Below are positions 8,108 to 18,960 of a stretch of DNA of 64,000 nt, piece by piece. This DNA is from Planctomycetota bacterium (GTDB taxonomy: Bacteria > Planctomycetota > GCA-002687715 > CAIWVZ01), in contig JBGANV010000002.1 of assembly GCA_044222185.1 (NCBI GenBank), positions 480,001-544,000 on the forward strand, read 5' to 3'. Positions within the stretch are counted from its first letter, which is position 1. Each line of letters opens with the position of its first letter. The notes under the pieces were generated by a model. It was not told the DNA's origin. It saw only the letters and a list, made by a program, of their open reading frames with translations, and searched no databases. A program made the translations under genes and the position numbers.

Positions 8108-10738
8108 GTGTTCATACATCGGTCTCGTTCGTGCAGCGTGTACGTTCCGTTCGTCCTGGCGATGTCGGTGATCGTTAACGATGGCCGTCCGCAACAGTCG
8201 CGCGTTCTCCTGGATACGTCCGTGATCGTCTGTGACACGACGTGTCAGATCCGGACGGTCCTCGATCTGGACGGCGACGGTGATCCCGACGCTCTGAGCT
8301 TCTTCAACGGAGTGCTCGCGGGACTCGAGAACGACGGTACGGGCGCGTTCACACAGCGCTGGAGCCTCGCGACGAGTCCCTTCACCTCGATCATCCCCCG
8401 CTTCGTGCGACGGGCGCGATTCGATGGCGACAACCGCGACGATTTCATCCTGGTCGAAGCGGTCACCGTTCGTGGTTTCAGGTCGAATGGAGCGTCGTCG
8501 GCGCCGACGGAGGTGTGGTCGGTCAACGTGGACCAGGTCGCGCTCGGCGCTGCGGTGGCGGACTTCAACGCGGATGGGCTCGATGATGTGGCGATCGCGA
8601 CTTTCGCGACCGCATTCGTCTGGATCTCCGCGCCGATCGGTCCACCGACCGTCGCCGCCACGCGACCCTTGCCGGCGCAAACGTTCTCCGAGGTCGATCA
8701 CCTGCTGGCCACCGACGCCACCGGTGACGGCGTGCCCGACCTGATCTTCGCGAACGTCAGGCTGCAATCGGCGCTCGAACCCGTACCCGGCCTCGCGGTT
8801 CACGTCTACCCGTTCACGGGATCCGGCTTCGCCGCAGAGAGCGTGTGGGTTGTGCCTCTGGCGGCATTCGCACCGCCCGACGCCTTCGGGATCGCGGCCG
8901 GAGACATCGACGGAGACCTCGACACCGACGTGGTGGTCTTCGAAGCGCACGAGTTCTCCGTGCTGCGCCGCACCGGGCCGGGAACGTTCAACCTGGAGCC
9001 ACGGGTCCTCGGCGGTCCCGCGACGGGCCTCGCCGACATCGACGCCGACGGAGACTTGGACGGAATCTGCTGCGGCGGCGGCGGGCCGTTTCCGGCGAAC
9101 CAGGTCCCGGGCCAATTCGAGCTCTCGACGAACGACGGGTCCGGCCGATTCGGGCTCGCGTTCTCGATCCCGGCGTTGGGTTCCGCGGGGATCGCGGGCG
9201 CCGTCGACCTCGATCGCGATGGAGACGTGGACCTCATCGCCGGTCGGTGCGCCTACTTCGCCACGGGACCGATCCTCGAGTCACTGGAACGCGCTCCGGT
9301 GGACCCGGGCGTGAGCCAGCTCACTACGTCCGCTGACCTCGTCGACGTCGACGGAGACGGCGATCTGGACATCCACCGCTCGCTCGGACGCTGGCTCCGG
9401 AACCTCGGAAACGGCGTGACCGAGTCGGTGGTGCGCACCGTGCCGCCAGTAGCGGCCGGGAGCTACTGGAGCGAACCGGGGGTCCCCGGCGACTTCGATG
9501 GCGACGGCGATGCGGATCTGCTCGTGATCCGGCGAGAGGTCGGCACGAACGCTTACCAGCAACTCCACATGTTCGTGAACGCCGGCGACGGGACGTTCAC
9601 CATGGCGCCGCCAGCTGGTGACACGACGCTCGTCGTGACGGCGCCACTCTTCAACATCGTGACGCCCATGCCATTCACGCCGGCAAACACGCGCGCCGTC
9701 GACATGGACGGTGACGGCGACCTGGATCTCCTCGTCTGGGACGAGAAGACGGCGATCTTCAAGAACGAGGGCGGGGGCACCTTCACGAGGGATCTCGACG
9801 TGAACGGGCGCGTGTTCGACGTGGGCGATGCGACGGGTGATGGAATCCCAGAACTCCTCACCGCTCGCGGCGGCGTGACGAACGGCAGCTTTTACGGCGT
9901 CTACGTCTGGGTCGGCAGCGGCGAAGGCGTGTTCCAGCATCCCCTCGCGAACTCGAGTCTGATGTTCACGTCCGTGGGCGCCCGCTTCACCGACCTCGAC
10001 GGCGATGGCGACCTCGACGTACTCGCGGACCTCCCCGTGACACTCAGTGTGAATCTCGGCGCCGGACAGTTCGTCGCAGGCATGGCGCTGCCCCAAGCCA
10101 CCGACCCGACGCAGGCGTCCACCGCTCGCGACCTCGACGGTGATGGGCTTCCCGAACTGCTCCTCTCCAGCTCGATGGAGATCTACACCCGTGCCTCTGC
10201 CTCGGCACCATTCACCGGTCCGACGCCGCATGTCCTCGCTGACTTCGCCCCGACCGTCACGCCGATGGAGGACGTGGACGGCGATGGCGACGTCGACGTA
10301 ATTGCATCGCGCGTCACTCGCGGACGACGCTGGTTGGGTGACGCGGGCGGCCGGCGGTGGGAGTACGGAACCGGGCTCGCCGGAACGGGAGGCATCGTCC
10401 CGCGGATCGGGGATGTGGGTCCCTTCCGCGCCGGGTCGTCGGGGTCGATCCGCATCAGCGCCGGTCTTGGCGACGCTGCCGGTGTGATGGTCCTCGGCTT
10501 CTCCCAGATCGCGACCCCGATCGTCGGCGGAACCCTCCTCGCGACGCCGGACATCCTGCTCGAGGTTCGGCTGAGTGGGGCTTCCGGCATGGCTGGAGCC
10601 GGTCGAGTCGCCATCCCGTGGACGTTGCCACCCTGGAGCGCAGGTCTGCACATCTTCAAACAGGCCGGTTTCGCCGATCCATCCGCCCCTCAGGGCATCT
10701 CGTTGACGAACGGTCTCGCGATCATGATCGGCGGCTGA
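8108..10738 (+). CDS. Secreted FG-GAP/VCBS repeat protein with the shared C-terminal module
   Basis: More than 12 D(L/V/I)DGDGD(L/V)D Ca-binding loops; ends QAGFADPSAPQGISLTNGLAIMIGG. Start codon uncertain. Confidence 0.85.
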   Translation: MFIHRSRSCSVYVPFVLAMSVIVNDGRPQQSRVLLDTSVIVCDTTCQIRTVLDLDGDGDPDALSFFNGVLAGLENDGTGAFTQRWSLATSPFTSIIPRFVRRARFDGDNRDDFILVEAVTVRGFRSNGASSAPTEVWSVNVDQVALGAAVADFNADGLDDVAIATFATAFVWISAPIGPPTVAATRPLPAQTFSEVDHLLATDATGDGVPDLIFANVRLQSALEPVPGLAVHVYPFTGSGFAAESVWVVPLAAFAPPDAFGIAAGDIDGDLDTDVVVFEAHEFSVLRRTGPGTFNLEPRVLGGPATGLADIDADGDLDGICCGGGGPFPANQVPGQFELSTNDGSGRFGLAFSIPALGSAGIAGAVDLDRDGDVDLIAGRCAYFATGPILESLERAPVDPGVSQLTTSADLVDVDGDGDLDIHRSLGRWLRNLGNGVTESVVRTVPPVAAGSYWSEPGVPGDFDGDGDADLLVIRREVGTNAYQQLHMFVNAGDGTFTMAPPAGDTTLVVTAPLFNIVTPMPFTPANTRAVDMDGDGDLDLLVWDEKTAIFKNEGGGTFTRDLDVNGRVFDVGDATGDGIPELLTARGGVTNGSFYGVYVWVGSGEGVFQHPLANSSLMFTSVGARFTDLDGDGDLDVLADLPVTLSVNLGAGQFVAGMALPQATDPTQASTARDLDGDGLPELLLSSSMEIYTRASASAPFTGPTPHVLADFAPTVTPMEDVDGDGDVDVIASRVTRGRRWLGDAGGRRWEYGTGLAGTGGIVPRIGDVGPFRAGSSGSIRISAGLGDAAGVMVLGFSQIATPIVGGTLLATPDILLEVRLSGASGMAGAGRVAIPWTLPPWSAGLHIFKQAGFADPSAPQGISLTNGLAIMIGG

Positions 10739-11026
10739 TCGATCCGACCGATGCAGGCGTGACCCCGACCTCCGCCAACGTCGGGCAGCTGACGGTGGCG
10801 GGCGACCCGGTGCGGGGTCGTCCCGGCCCCGCGGCGCAGCCCGGCCAACTTAGGAGCCCTGGAGGTGATTCTCGCCGCGGGCTGGGGCAGAGCGGCGATC
10901 CGGCAGGGATGGAACTGCCCCGATCAACCAGCCCTTGCGAGTACGATCGCGCCTCGACAGCGCCGCCCCACGCCCTGTCGGGCCCCGCTGCTGCCACCAT
11001 CGCCGTTCGACCAAAGGAGACCCTTC

Positions 11027-12013
11027 ATGCGTCCTATCCGCACCGCGATCATCGTCTGCGTCGTTGCTGCGTCCGTGCTGGCTCAGTGCGGCTCGGCGAG
11101 TCTCTCGACCCTCTATGCCGCAAACAACGGCGGTTCCACCGGGTGGGGCGTGTTCTTCGACGTCGCGATCGCGAGCCCGCTCGGGATCAACATCTGCGCG
11201 TTCGACACGAACACCGGGAACACGGCCGTCGGCACCCCGTTCACGATCAGCGTCTACGTCACGCCGGCCAGCTACGTCAATGTGCACGGCGCGCCGTCGG
11301 CGTGGCGGCTCGTGGCGACGGGTGCGGGGAGCGCCGCCGGAAACAACCTGCCATCGCTCGCGACGCTGGCGCAGCCCATGTACTTGCCGGCCGGGAACTA
11401 CGGCATCGCGCTCTATCACTACGGAGCGTCGCCTCGCTACACCAACGGCACGGGGGCGAATCAGATCTACGGCAACACCGACCTGACGATCACCACGGGG
11501 CTCGTGCGATCGACGTTCTTCGGGACGCCGACCGTGGGCTCGATCTTCACGCCGCGCGTCTGGAACGGGGGGATCTACTACGAGACCTGCTCGCCGAGCA
11601 GCGCAGCAGGCTTCGGGTTCATGGCGAGCGGCTGCGCCGGAACGATGGCCGCAGCCACGATCGACACCGTGTCACGGCCCCAGCTCGGCGGTCTCTTCTC
11701 GGTGAACGTGACCAACCTTCCGCTGTCCTACGCCGACCTCATCATCGGGCTGAGCAACACGACGTCGCCGTTCGGGCCGCTTCCGCTCGGTCTGGCGCCG
11801 TTCGGGCTTTCGGGTTGCTCCGCTTACGTGAGTCCCGACCTGATCTTTCCCGTGGGCGGGGCCGCCAACACCGCAAACTTTTCGGTCGGGTTGCCACCGG
11901 ATCCCGCGCTGCAGTGCCTGCAGTTCTTCATGCAGGCGATCGTGTATGACCCGGCGGCCAACACGCTCGGCTTCGTGATGTCGGATGCCGGGGCCGGCGT
12001 CATGGGGTTGTGA
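11027..12013 (+). CDS. Secreted hypothetical protein with the shared C-terminal module
   Basis: AAGGAG RBS; signal peptide VLA|QCG; C-terminal SGCAG...QAIVYDPAANTLGFVMSDAG. Confidence 0.8.
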   Translation: MRPIRTAIIVCVVAASVLAQCGSASLSTLYAANNGGSTGWGVFFDVAIASPLGINICAFDTNTGNTAVGTPFTISVYVTPASYVNVHGAPSAWRLVATGAGSAAGNNLPSLATLAQPMYLPAGNYGIALYHYGASPRYTNGTGANQIYGNTDLTITTGLVRSTFFGTPTVGSIFTPRVWNGGIYYETCSPSSAAGFGFMASGCAGTMAAATIDTVSRPQLGGLFSVNVTNLPLSYADLIIGLSNTTSPFGPLPLGLAPFGLSGCSAYVSPDLIFPVGGAANTANFSVGLPPDPALQCLQFFMQAIVYDPAANTLGFVMSDAGAGVMGL

Positions 12014-12116
12014 AACGTCACCGCGCGATGCGTCGCCGAGCACGTGCGTGGGTGGATCTCCACGGCGCCGCGCAGGGGTTTTCCCTGCGCAGCGTCGGCG
12101 TCGATGACGACGCCGC

Positions 12117-13139
12117 TCAGAGCCCCGACGGCGAGACGCCGTTGGTGAGGCTGAATCCACCCGGTGCGAGAGGATCGAGCGCACCGGCCTGCGCGTAGAC
12201 GCTGAAGTAGAACGCGGGAGGAATCGGGAGCGTCAGGAACGCACGACCGTTCGGGTCCGGGTTCGCCTGGAAGATCAGGTCGAGCGTATTGAGCAGCGTG
12301 CATCCGTTTCCAAGCGGCAGCGTGATCGGGTTGAGACCGATGGCGAACACGACGGGCGCGTTGAGCGGAACGTTGCCGGCCTGAAGGATCAGGTTCCCGC
12401 CGAGACCTCCCGCCGTGTCGGCGTTCTGCACGAGAACTGGCGGCGTCGCTGCCGCGCCGGGGCAACCCGCGCCGTAACCGTAGTGGATCCGCATGACGTA
12501 GAACGTCGTCGCCGCGGACGCCGTGCCCGGGGGGTAGACCGACTGTGAACGTCCGACGCCGTACGTCGCGGCGCTCGAGACGACCGTCTCGGGATACTGT
12601 GCCGTCGTCGGATCGAGGCTTCCTGGATGGCTGAAGAGGAACGCCAGGTCACCACCCAGCCAGAGGTAGGGGTTCTGTAAGTCGAAGTAGAACTCGGCCC
12701 AGGGATTGGGAGCCGGTGCTGGCGGGTTGACGTTCGTGAAGACGCCCGCGTCGAGCGTCATGGGCCCCGAGCGCACTTGCTGCGGCGGGACCGAGAAGTT
12801 GGCGAAGAACCCCGCACCCCACGTCCCCGTGGGGATCGCAGATCCGACCCAGATGTCGTAGTTGGTCCAGGTGATGCTCGCTGGAGGCCATGCGGCCGCG
12901 TTGCTCGTGAACACCTGGAAGCGGAGGCTCACGCCCGTGATGACCGAGCCCACGGGGATGCCGGCAAGCTCGGAGGCATTCACGCCGTACTGGTACGTGC
13001 GTGGATTCCCGGCGTTCCGAACGATCGAGTTGAGTTGGCTCGTCCCACGCGCGTTCGCGTTCGCATTGGGAACCACGATGGATTGCGCCACGAGCGTGCC
13101 GCACAGCACGGCGGTGGTGATCAGGATTCGGCTGCGCAT
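12117..13139 (-). CDS. Secreted hypothetical protein with the shared C-terminal module
   Basis: Signal peptide LVA|QSI; C-terminal YGAGCPG...QAGALDPLAPGGFSLTNGV. Confidence 0.8.
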   Translation of the reverse strand: MRSRILITTAVLCGTLVAQSIVVPNANANARGTSQLNSIVRNAGNPRTYQYGVNASELAGIPVGSVITGVSLRFQVFTSNAAAWPPASITWTNYDIWVGSAIPTGTWGAGFFANFSVPPQQVRSGPMTLDAGVFTNVNPPAPAPNPWAEFYFDLQNPYLWLGGDLAFLFSHPGSLDPTTAQYPETVVSSAATYGVGRSQSVYPPGTASAATTFYVMRIHYGYGAGCPGAAATPPVLVQNADTAGGLGGNLILQAGNVPLNAPVVFAIGLNPITLPLGNGCTLLNTLDLIFQANPDPNGRAFLTLPIPPAFYFSVYAQAGALDPLAPGGFSLTNGVSPSGL

Positions 13140-13407
13140 TTCCGGAAACTCGAATGAGATGAAGAGGTGTTGGTCGTCGCGCGGGATCCTACACCGAACG
13201 AAGGGCGGGGGGGGGTGTCGACGCACGTTCCTCCCGAACGCGCTCAGCAGGTTCGACGGTGGCTCTCCGAAATCCACGGTGTCGTCGCGCGACGAGGGCG
13301 ACCCGCGTGTCGGTCCTTCGGTGGGGGAACGCAGGCTCCTTCCCACGGTCCGCGGCGAACCGGCGCGGAGTCACTCCTGGTGCGATTTCAGCTGAATCGA
13401 GTGGCCG

Positions 13408-13827
13408 TCACTTCCCCGGCGACACGGAGAGCCGCTTGATCGAGCCCGCGATGAGGACCTTCAGCGTCGGCAGGTGCACGTCCGCCAGGCGCTTCACGTA
13501 GAGGCACGATGCACCCGTCTTCACCTTGCCGAGCTTCTTCAGAAGATCCGGGGAGTCGTTCAGGCCCGCGATGATGTAGATCGAAAGCGTGCCTTTGCGG
13601 GGTGAGAACCCGACCTTCATCCACTCCGACTCACGGCCGCCAGCCGAGCGATGGACGTAGGTGCCGAAGCCCACCATGTCCTTGCCCCACATGCGTGGTT
13701 CGGATTTCGACGCCGCCTGCATCATCTTCGCGAGGGCGAGGCAGTCGGCTCGCTGCTCGTCGTCCGCGATGGACGCGAGGAATTCGGCAGGCGCAGCGCT
13801 CGTACGCTTGGTCTTCAACTTGGCCAT
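13408..13827 (-). CDS. DUF1801 (YdhG-like) domain protein
   Basis: PRMWG.DMVGFG.Y, GFSPRK..LSIY, LGKVKTGASCLYVKRLADV family signature. Confidence 0.88.
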   Translation of the reverse strand: MAKLKTKRTSAAPAEFLASIADDEQRADCLALAKMMQAASKSEPRMWGKDMVGFGTYVHRSAGGRESEWMKVGFSPRKGTLSIYIIAGLNDSPDLLKKLGKVKTGASCLYVKRLADVHLPTLKVLIAGSIKRLSVSPGK

Positions 13828-13922
13828 GGCTCGTGAAACTCCGTCGCGGCGTGGTCAGGTGGCGAGGCTACCACGGAAGTCGGTGCCTCCAGTGACCTCC
13901 GCACGCGGTACATTCGTAGCCC

Positions 13923-16175
13923 GTGGACACGCGAAGCCAGGACCTGCGCGCCGCGCTGAAGAAGCACTTCGGCTACGACGCGTTTCGACCGCACCAGGAG
14001 GAGATCGTTCGCGACTTCCTCTCGGGGCGCGACGTCCTGGCCCTGTTGCCGACGGGCGGTGGCAAATCCCTCTGCTTCCAGCTGCCCGCGTTGATCAGCG
14101 ACGGCCTGACCCTGGTGATCTCGCCCCTGATCGCGCTGATGAAGGACCAGGTCGATGCGCTGACGACCGCCGGCATCCCCGCCACGTTCCTGAATTCCAC
14201 CATCGACGGCGTGGAAACCTACGAGCGCTGCCGCGGGCTCGAGACGGGTGAGTACAAACTGCTGTACGTCGCTCCCGAGCGGCTCGTCATGCCAGGTTTC
14301 TTCGACGAGCTCGCGCAGTGGGGATTCTCGCGGCTTGCCGTCGACGAGGCGCACTGCGTCAGCGAGTGGGGACACGACTTCCGCCCCGAGTATCGCCGCA
14401 TCGCGGAGGTGCGCGACCACTTCCCCGACGTACCGATGCTCGCCCTCACCGCCACGGCCACGCGTCGCGTGCGTCAGGACATCGTCGGGGGCTTGCGGCT
14501 TCGTGATCCGCGGATCTCGATCGCGAGCTTCAACCGACCGAATCTCATCTATCGGGTCGAGCCCAAGCGCGAGACGTTCCAGAAGCTGCTGGCCTTCGTG
14601 AAGGAACATCCTGACGAGTCGGGGATCGTCTACTGCCAGTCGCGCAAGACCGTGGAGGCCGTCGCTGCCGGGCTGAAGGACGAGGGGATCGCCGCGGCGC
14701 CCTATCACGCGGGCTTGGAGGCGGATCTTCGATCGTCGACCCAGGACCGATTCATCGCGGACGAGATCCAGGTCGTTTGCGCGACGATCGCGTTCGGCAT
14801 GGGCATCAACAAGCCGGACGTGCGATTCGTCGTGCATTACGACCTGCCGAAGAACCTGGAGGGCTACTACCAGGAGACGGGTCGCGCGGGTCGCGACGGG
14901 CTGCCGTCCGACTGCCTGCTGTACTTCAGCGCTGGCGACGCGGCGAAGTACCGAGCCTTCATCGAAGAGAAGGAGTCGGAGGAGGAGCGGGCCGTCGCAC
15001 GCCGCCAGCTACGCCAGATGGTCGACTACGCCGGCGCCGGGGATTGTCGGCGCCGCCTGCTCCTCGGGTACTTCGGCGAGTCGTTCGAGGAGTTGAACTG
15101 CGGAGCGTGCGACAACTGCTCGACTCCCGGCGAGACCTACGACGGCACCATCCACGCCCAGAAGCTCCTCTCGTGCGTCTACCGCATCCGCGAACGCGAC
15201 GGCTGGGACATGGGCGTGAACCACGTCGTCGAAGTGCTCACCGGTGCCGATACGGAGAAGGTCCGCAGCAAGGGTCACCAGTCGCTGTCGACGTACGGAA
15301 TCGGGAGTGACGTCCCCCGCGACGAATGGAAGGCGATTGCCCGCCAGCTCGTCCAGAGGGGCTTCCTGGTGGAATCGGACGATCAGTTCGCCACGATCGC
15401 CCTGACGCCGCTCGGCCGCGATGTCCTCGTCAAGCGAACGCCCGTGATCCTGGCGAAGGTGCGCGCCGCGGCGACCGCCGATGCGGTCCCGTTTCCGTCC
15501 GCATCCGAGCGACGCAAATCCAAGGTCGGCGACATCCCGTGCGACGAGGCCCTCTTCAACCGCCTCCGCCACCTGCGCAAGACCATCGCCTCCGAGCGCG
15601 GCGTCCCGCCGTACATCGTGTTCACCGATGCCGCGCTGCGGGACATGGCGAGGCGTTTCCCGACGGACCAGGCGGCATTCGCCCAGGTGTCGGGCGTGGG
15701 CGAGTCCAAGCTTCGCACGTTCGGTGTGCTCTTCACCTCGCACATCCGGAGCTACATCGACGAGACCGGGCAGCGGGCGCCCGGCGATCCCGGCCGCGCC
15801 AAGCCACCCGCGGCGCCGCGCGAGGCACAACCAGCACGCGAGAAGCGTGCCGCCCGTTCCGTCGACACGGTGAACGAGACGGCTCGCCTCATCCACCTGG
15901 GGCTGACGCCCGACCAGGTGGCGGCTCAGCGCGGGCTCACCGCGCCCACGATCTGGAAGCACGTCGAGATTGCGCTCCAACGGGGCGCACAGATCGATCT
16001 GTCTCACTTCATCACGGAGGCGGACCTCGGCGCCGCCAACGCGGCGTTCGACGCCTCTGACGGCACCGGCGTGCGCGCGGCGTTCGAGGCGGCAGAGGGC
16101 GCGCTCCCATACGAGCTGCTCAACATCGCCAGGGCGCTGCGGGAGCGGCGCGCGACCGGGGGGCCGCAGGTTTGA
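13923..16175 (+). CDS. recQ: ATP-dependent DNA helicase RecQ
   Basis: PTGGGKSLCFQLP, VDEAHCVSEWGHDFRPEY, QETGRAGRDG, Zn-binding CRR/CGACDNC, RQC, HRDC (VPPYIVFTD) and C-terminal HTH. Confidence 0.96.
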   Translation: MDTRSQDLRAALKKHFGYDAFRPHQEEIVRDFLSGRDVLALLPTGGGKSLCFQLPALISDGLTLVISPLIALMKDQVDALTTAGIPATFLNSTIDGVETYERCRGLETGEYKLLYVAPERLVMPGFFDELAQWGFSRLAVDEAHCVSEWGHDFRPEYRRIAEVRDHFPDVPMLALTATATRRVRQDIVGGLRLRDPRISIASFNRPNLIYRVEPKRETFQKLLAFVKEHPDESGIVYCQSRKTVEAVAAGLKDEGIAAAPYHAGLEADLRSSTQDRFIADEIQVVCATIAFGMGINKPDVRFVVHYDLPKNLEGYYQETGRAGRDGLPSDCLLYFSAGDAAKYRAFIEEKESEEERAVARRQLRQMVDYAGAGDCRRRLLLGYFGESFEELNCGACDNCSTPGETYDGTIHAQKLLSCVYRIRERDGWDMGVNHVVEVLTGADTEKVRSKGHQSLSTYGIGSDVPRDEWKAIARQLVQRGFLVESDDQFATIALTPLGRDVLVKRTPVILAKVRAAATADAVPFPSASERRKSKVGDIPCDEALFNRLRHLRKTIASERGVPPYIVFTDAALRDMARRFPTDQAAFAQVSGVGESKLRTFGVLFTSHIRSYIDETGQRAPGDPGRAKPPAAPREAQPAREKRAARSVDTVNETARLIHLGLTPDQVAAQRGLTAPTIWKHVEIALQRGAQIDLSHFITEADLGAANAAFDASDGTGVRAAFEAAEGALPYELLNIARALRERRATGGPQV

Positions 16176-16478
16176 GGTCGCGATCGGGCGCCGCGAAGAG
16201 GGCGATCGGCCTCAGACAGCTTGCGGGGCGCCGCACCGGGGGCTGAGGGCGTCCCCCCACCTCGACCCGCAGAGCACCGCGGTCGCCACCGGGCTTTCTG
16301 GTTCCGGTCCAGCGACATACCAGATCCCGTGGCATGACGGATCCGACGCACCAGATGGTGTACACAGCCGAGCGAGCCCCTCGCAGCCAGCGCGCCCTCG
16401 GGCGATGAACGCCTGGGGCCCGATCGAGGTCCCACCCACGACCTGTTGAGCCGTCCACGGAGGTGGCGACCGAAGAAA

Positions 16479-17498
16479 ATGGGGTTGACCGAGGCCGCGC
16501 CGGACATCAACATCTCGCCCGTGTCGCCTCTGAAGGAGGTTTACGAGCGTTACCTGGCCGAAGAGGCCGCGATTCGGATGCCCGACGTCAGCTTCGCGGA
16601 TCGGGGACGCTTCCACTTCTGCGTCCTGCAAAGCGCCGTCGCCTGGAGCCGACACCCCAAGTCCGACTTCCGCCTCGCCCGCGGCAAGCACACGTTCGTG
16701 CTCAACTTCGAGGGGCCCATCGAGGGGAAGATGATGACGATGTTCTCCTTCCACTCGGCCGTCGAGACGGGGGAGTACCGATTCACCGGACTGAACCTCG
16801 CCAAGGCACCGCCAGGACTCAGCCCCATCGGCAAGGCAGCGCTCGAGCGGCTGAGCGACCTCTTCGAAGCTGCGTTGCCACAAGCTCAGAAAGACGAGGG
16901 CGTTGTGACGGTCGTAGTCCGCAAGGCGCCGACCATCGACTTCCTCCCCATCGTCGACGAAGCGCGCCGTGTGCTCGACGAGGGCAACCAGGAGTTCCAG
17001 CCCGTCGACTTCTCGCAGGTCGTCGTCCCCACGGAGGCCGCGAGCCTCTTCGTCGGGAAGACCAACGTCAGCCCGGCACCGCGACCCAAGGTGAAGTTCG
17101 TGCCGCCGCCGGTGGTCGTGCCGGTCGTGAAGCACGACCCGGAGGGCGAGGACTCGGACGACGAGAGCGACAGCGAAGAGAACGAAGCGAACGAGTCCGA
17201 GGCTGAGACGGAGTCGCAGTCGAGCAAGGCCAAGCCCGCGGCGGCCACTGCGAAGGCGACTCCCGTCCGATCGGCATCCAAGCCGGTTTCGAAGACGCCG
17301 CTGACCAAGGCGCAGCCGGCCAAGCACCCGACTTCGCCGACGGCCGGCCCGCCCCGGAAGACGCCCGAGCCGGAACGCAGCGTCAACAAGTCCCCGACGA
17401 AGGCCCCGACCACACCCAAGCCCGCTGCCGCGAAGGTGGTCGCCAAGGGCAAGCCCGCGCCTCCGCCCGCCAAGCCGAAGCCGAAGGGCAAGAAGTGA
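16479..17498 (+). CDS. Hypothetical protein: globular N-terminus, acidic tract, Lys/Pro/Ala-rich tail
   Basis: Long ORF with high-GC3 codon usage; overlaps the next gene by GTGA. Confidence 0.7.
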   Translation: MGLTEAAPDINISPVSPLKEVYERYLAEEAAIRMPDVSFADRGRFHFCVLQSAVAWSRHPKSDFRLARGKHTFVLNFEGPIEGKMMTMFSFHSAVETGEYRFTGLNLAKAPPGLSPIGKAALERLSDLFEAALPQAQKDEGVVTVVVRKAPTIDFLPIVDEARRVLDEGNQEFQPVDFSQVVVPTEAASLFVGKTNVSPAPRPKVKFVPPPVVVPVVKHDPEGEDSDDESDSEENEANESEAETESQSSKAKPAAATAKATPVRSASKPVSKTPLTKAQPAKHPTSPTAGPPRKTPEPERSVNKSPTKAPTTPKPAAAKVVAKGKPAPPPAKPKPKGKK

Positions 17499-17881
17499 AG
17501 GCACCCGGTCGGCGCGGCCCCACGGCGCGGGTCACGCACCTCCAGCTGTTCGCCCACGATCCGCGTGCGACGGTTGCGTTCCACACGAAGCTCTTCGGTT
17601 GCAAGCCCGTGCGGGCCACGCGCGACCATGCCTATGCCGAGTTCCGGCTCGGCGATGTGACGCTCGCGATCGCCGCACTACCGGCAGCGCAAGGCAAGGC
17701 TGCTCGCTCGACCATGAGCGCCCTGGTGGTCGTGTCGATTCCCGACTTCGACGCTCATCTGCGCCGCGCGCGCCGCGCGAAGTTCGCGATCGAATCGTTG
17801 ATCGCCGCGCCGCCGGGCGAGCGCTCGTTCACCGTTCGCGATCCCGCGGGCCAGCTCTTCGAGCTGACTGAGCGGGTTTGA
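17495..17881 (+). CDS. VOC/glyoxalase family protein
   Basis: VTHLQL, AFHTKLFG, RSFTVRDPAGQLFELTE. Confidence 0.8.
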   Translation: MKAPGRRGPTARVTHLQLFAHDPRATVAFHTKLFGCKPVRATRDHAYAEFRLGDVTLAIAALPAAQGKAARSTMSALVVVSIPDFDAHLRRARRAKFAIESLIAAPPGERSFTVRDPAGQLFELTERV

Positions 17882-18020
17882 TCGCCAACGCCCGGTTCCA
17901 CGCCGCGGCACTTGCAGCGGACCGACCCCCTCCCTAATCTGCACGCCGCCTCACGGGAAGTTGGTTGAGGTTTCAGGTCGCGCAGCCGTCGCGCTGTGGC
18001 GGAACATGGAGATGGAGACG

Positions 18021-18944
18021 ATGAGGCGATTCACAGACCTGTTCGCGGTCGGGGCCATCGTGTTGCTGGGCGGGTGCGCTGGCGCCGAGCTCACTCCCAA
18101 GGAACCTGAGATCCTCTCGGACGCGTCGCCGATGCTCCGGTACACGACGGATCAGTTCCAACTCGACCTGAACGAATACGAGGCCGTGGATCAGACGCCG
18201 GCGAAGCGCCAGGAGATCCGTGATCGCATGACGCGGCGTGTGATGGCGATCATCACGGACAACTTCAGCCACTTCGAGGCGGAGTTCTTCACAGGGCGCG
18301 CGTTCGGAGAGACGGGATTCGACATCGCCGGGCTGGGGCTCGACGCCGCGATCACGATCGTCGGTGGCGAGCGGACGAAGACCGTGCTGGGCGCCATCGC
18401 GACGGCCGTCGGAGGCGTGCGGCTGTCGATCGACAAGAACTTCTTCCGCGAGAAGACGTCCGAGACGTTGTTGGCAAAAATGCGCGGGCAGCGCGCCACG
18501 AAGGAAACGGAGATCGAGAAGAAGCTGCAGCTGGGCGACGGTGAGTACTCGATCTACGAAGCGTGGGGTGATCTCGTCGAGCTCTTCTATGCGGGCACCA
18601 TCCACTCGGCCCTGATCGGGCTGGCCGAGGACGCGGGGGAGAAGGCGAAGGAGGCCGTGCGCGAGAAGACCGCCGTCGTGGAAGCTCGGCCGGGGATGCT
18701 CATTGCTGCCGATTCGCGGGCGACCGTCCGCAAGAAGGCTGGTTTGAGCCGTTGGTTCCGCACGTTGACCCCGGAGCAACGCCGCACCGCCATCAACGCC
18801 CTGAAGTCGGCGCGAGCGAACAACGACACGCCGGCCGCCGATCTACTCGAAATCTGGGCCGAGCTGATGGACGAGACGAACACGAAGGATGCCGTCGAGG
18901 CGGCACGCGCCAGGCTGACGAGTGCAGGGCTCGCAGTTCCCTGA
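18021..18944 (+). CDS. Hypothetical helical lipoprotein
   Basis: Lipobox LLGG|C after a hydrophobic segment; GGAG upstream. Alternative starts 18006 and 18012. Confidence 0.75.
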   Translation: MRRFTDLFAVGAIVLLGGCAGAELTPKEPEILSDASPMLRYTTDQFQLDLNEYEAVDQTPAKRQEIRDRMTRRVMAIITDNFSHFEAEFFTGRAFGETGFDIAGLGLDAAITIVGGERTKTVLGAIATAVGGVRLSIDKNFFREKTSETLLAKMRGQRATKETEIEKKLQLGDGEYSIYEAWGDLVELFYAGTIHSALIGLAEDAGEKAKEAVREKTAVVEARPGMLIAADSRATVRKKAGLSRWFRTLTPEQRRTAINALKSARANNDTPAADLLEIWAELMDETNTKDAVEAARARLTSAGLAVP

Positions 18945-18960
18945 TCGGAAGGACCGCACG

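Noticed and set aside
13207-13215. G9 tract upstream of the 13139 gene as a phase-variation switch
   Set aside because: The candidate -35 (TCGACA) to -10 (TAGGAT) spacing is 24 nt; a single run in GC-rich DNA is weak evidence.
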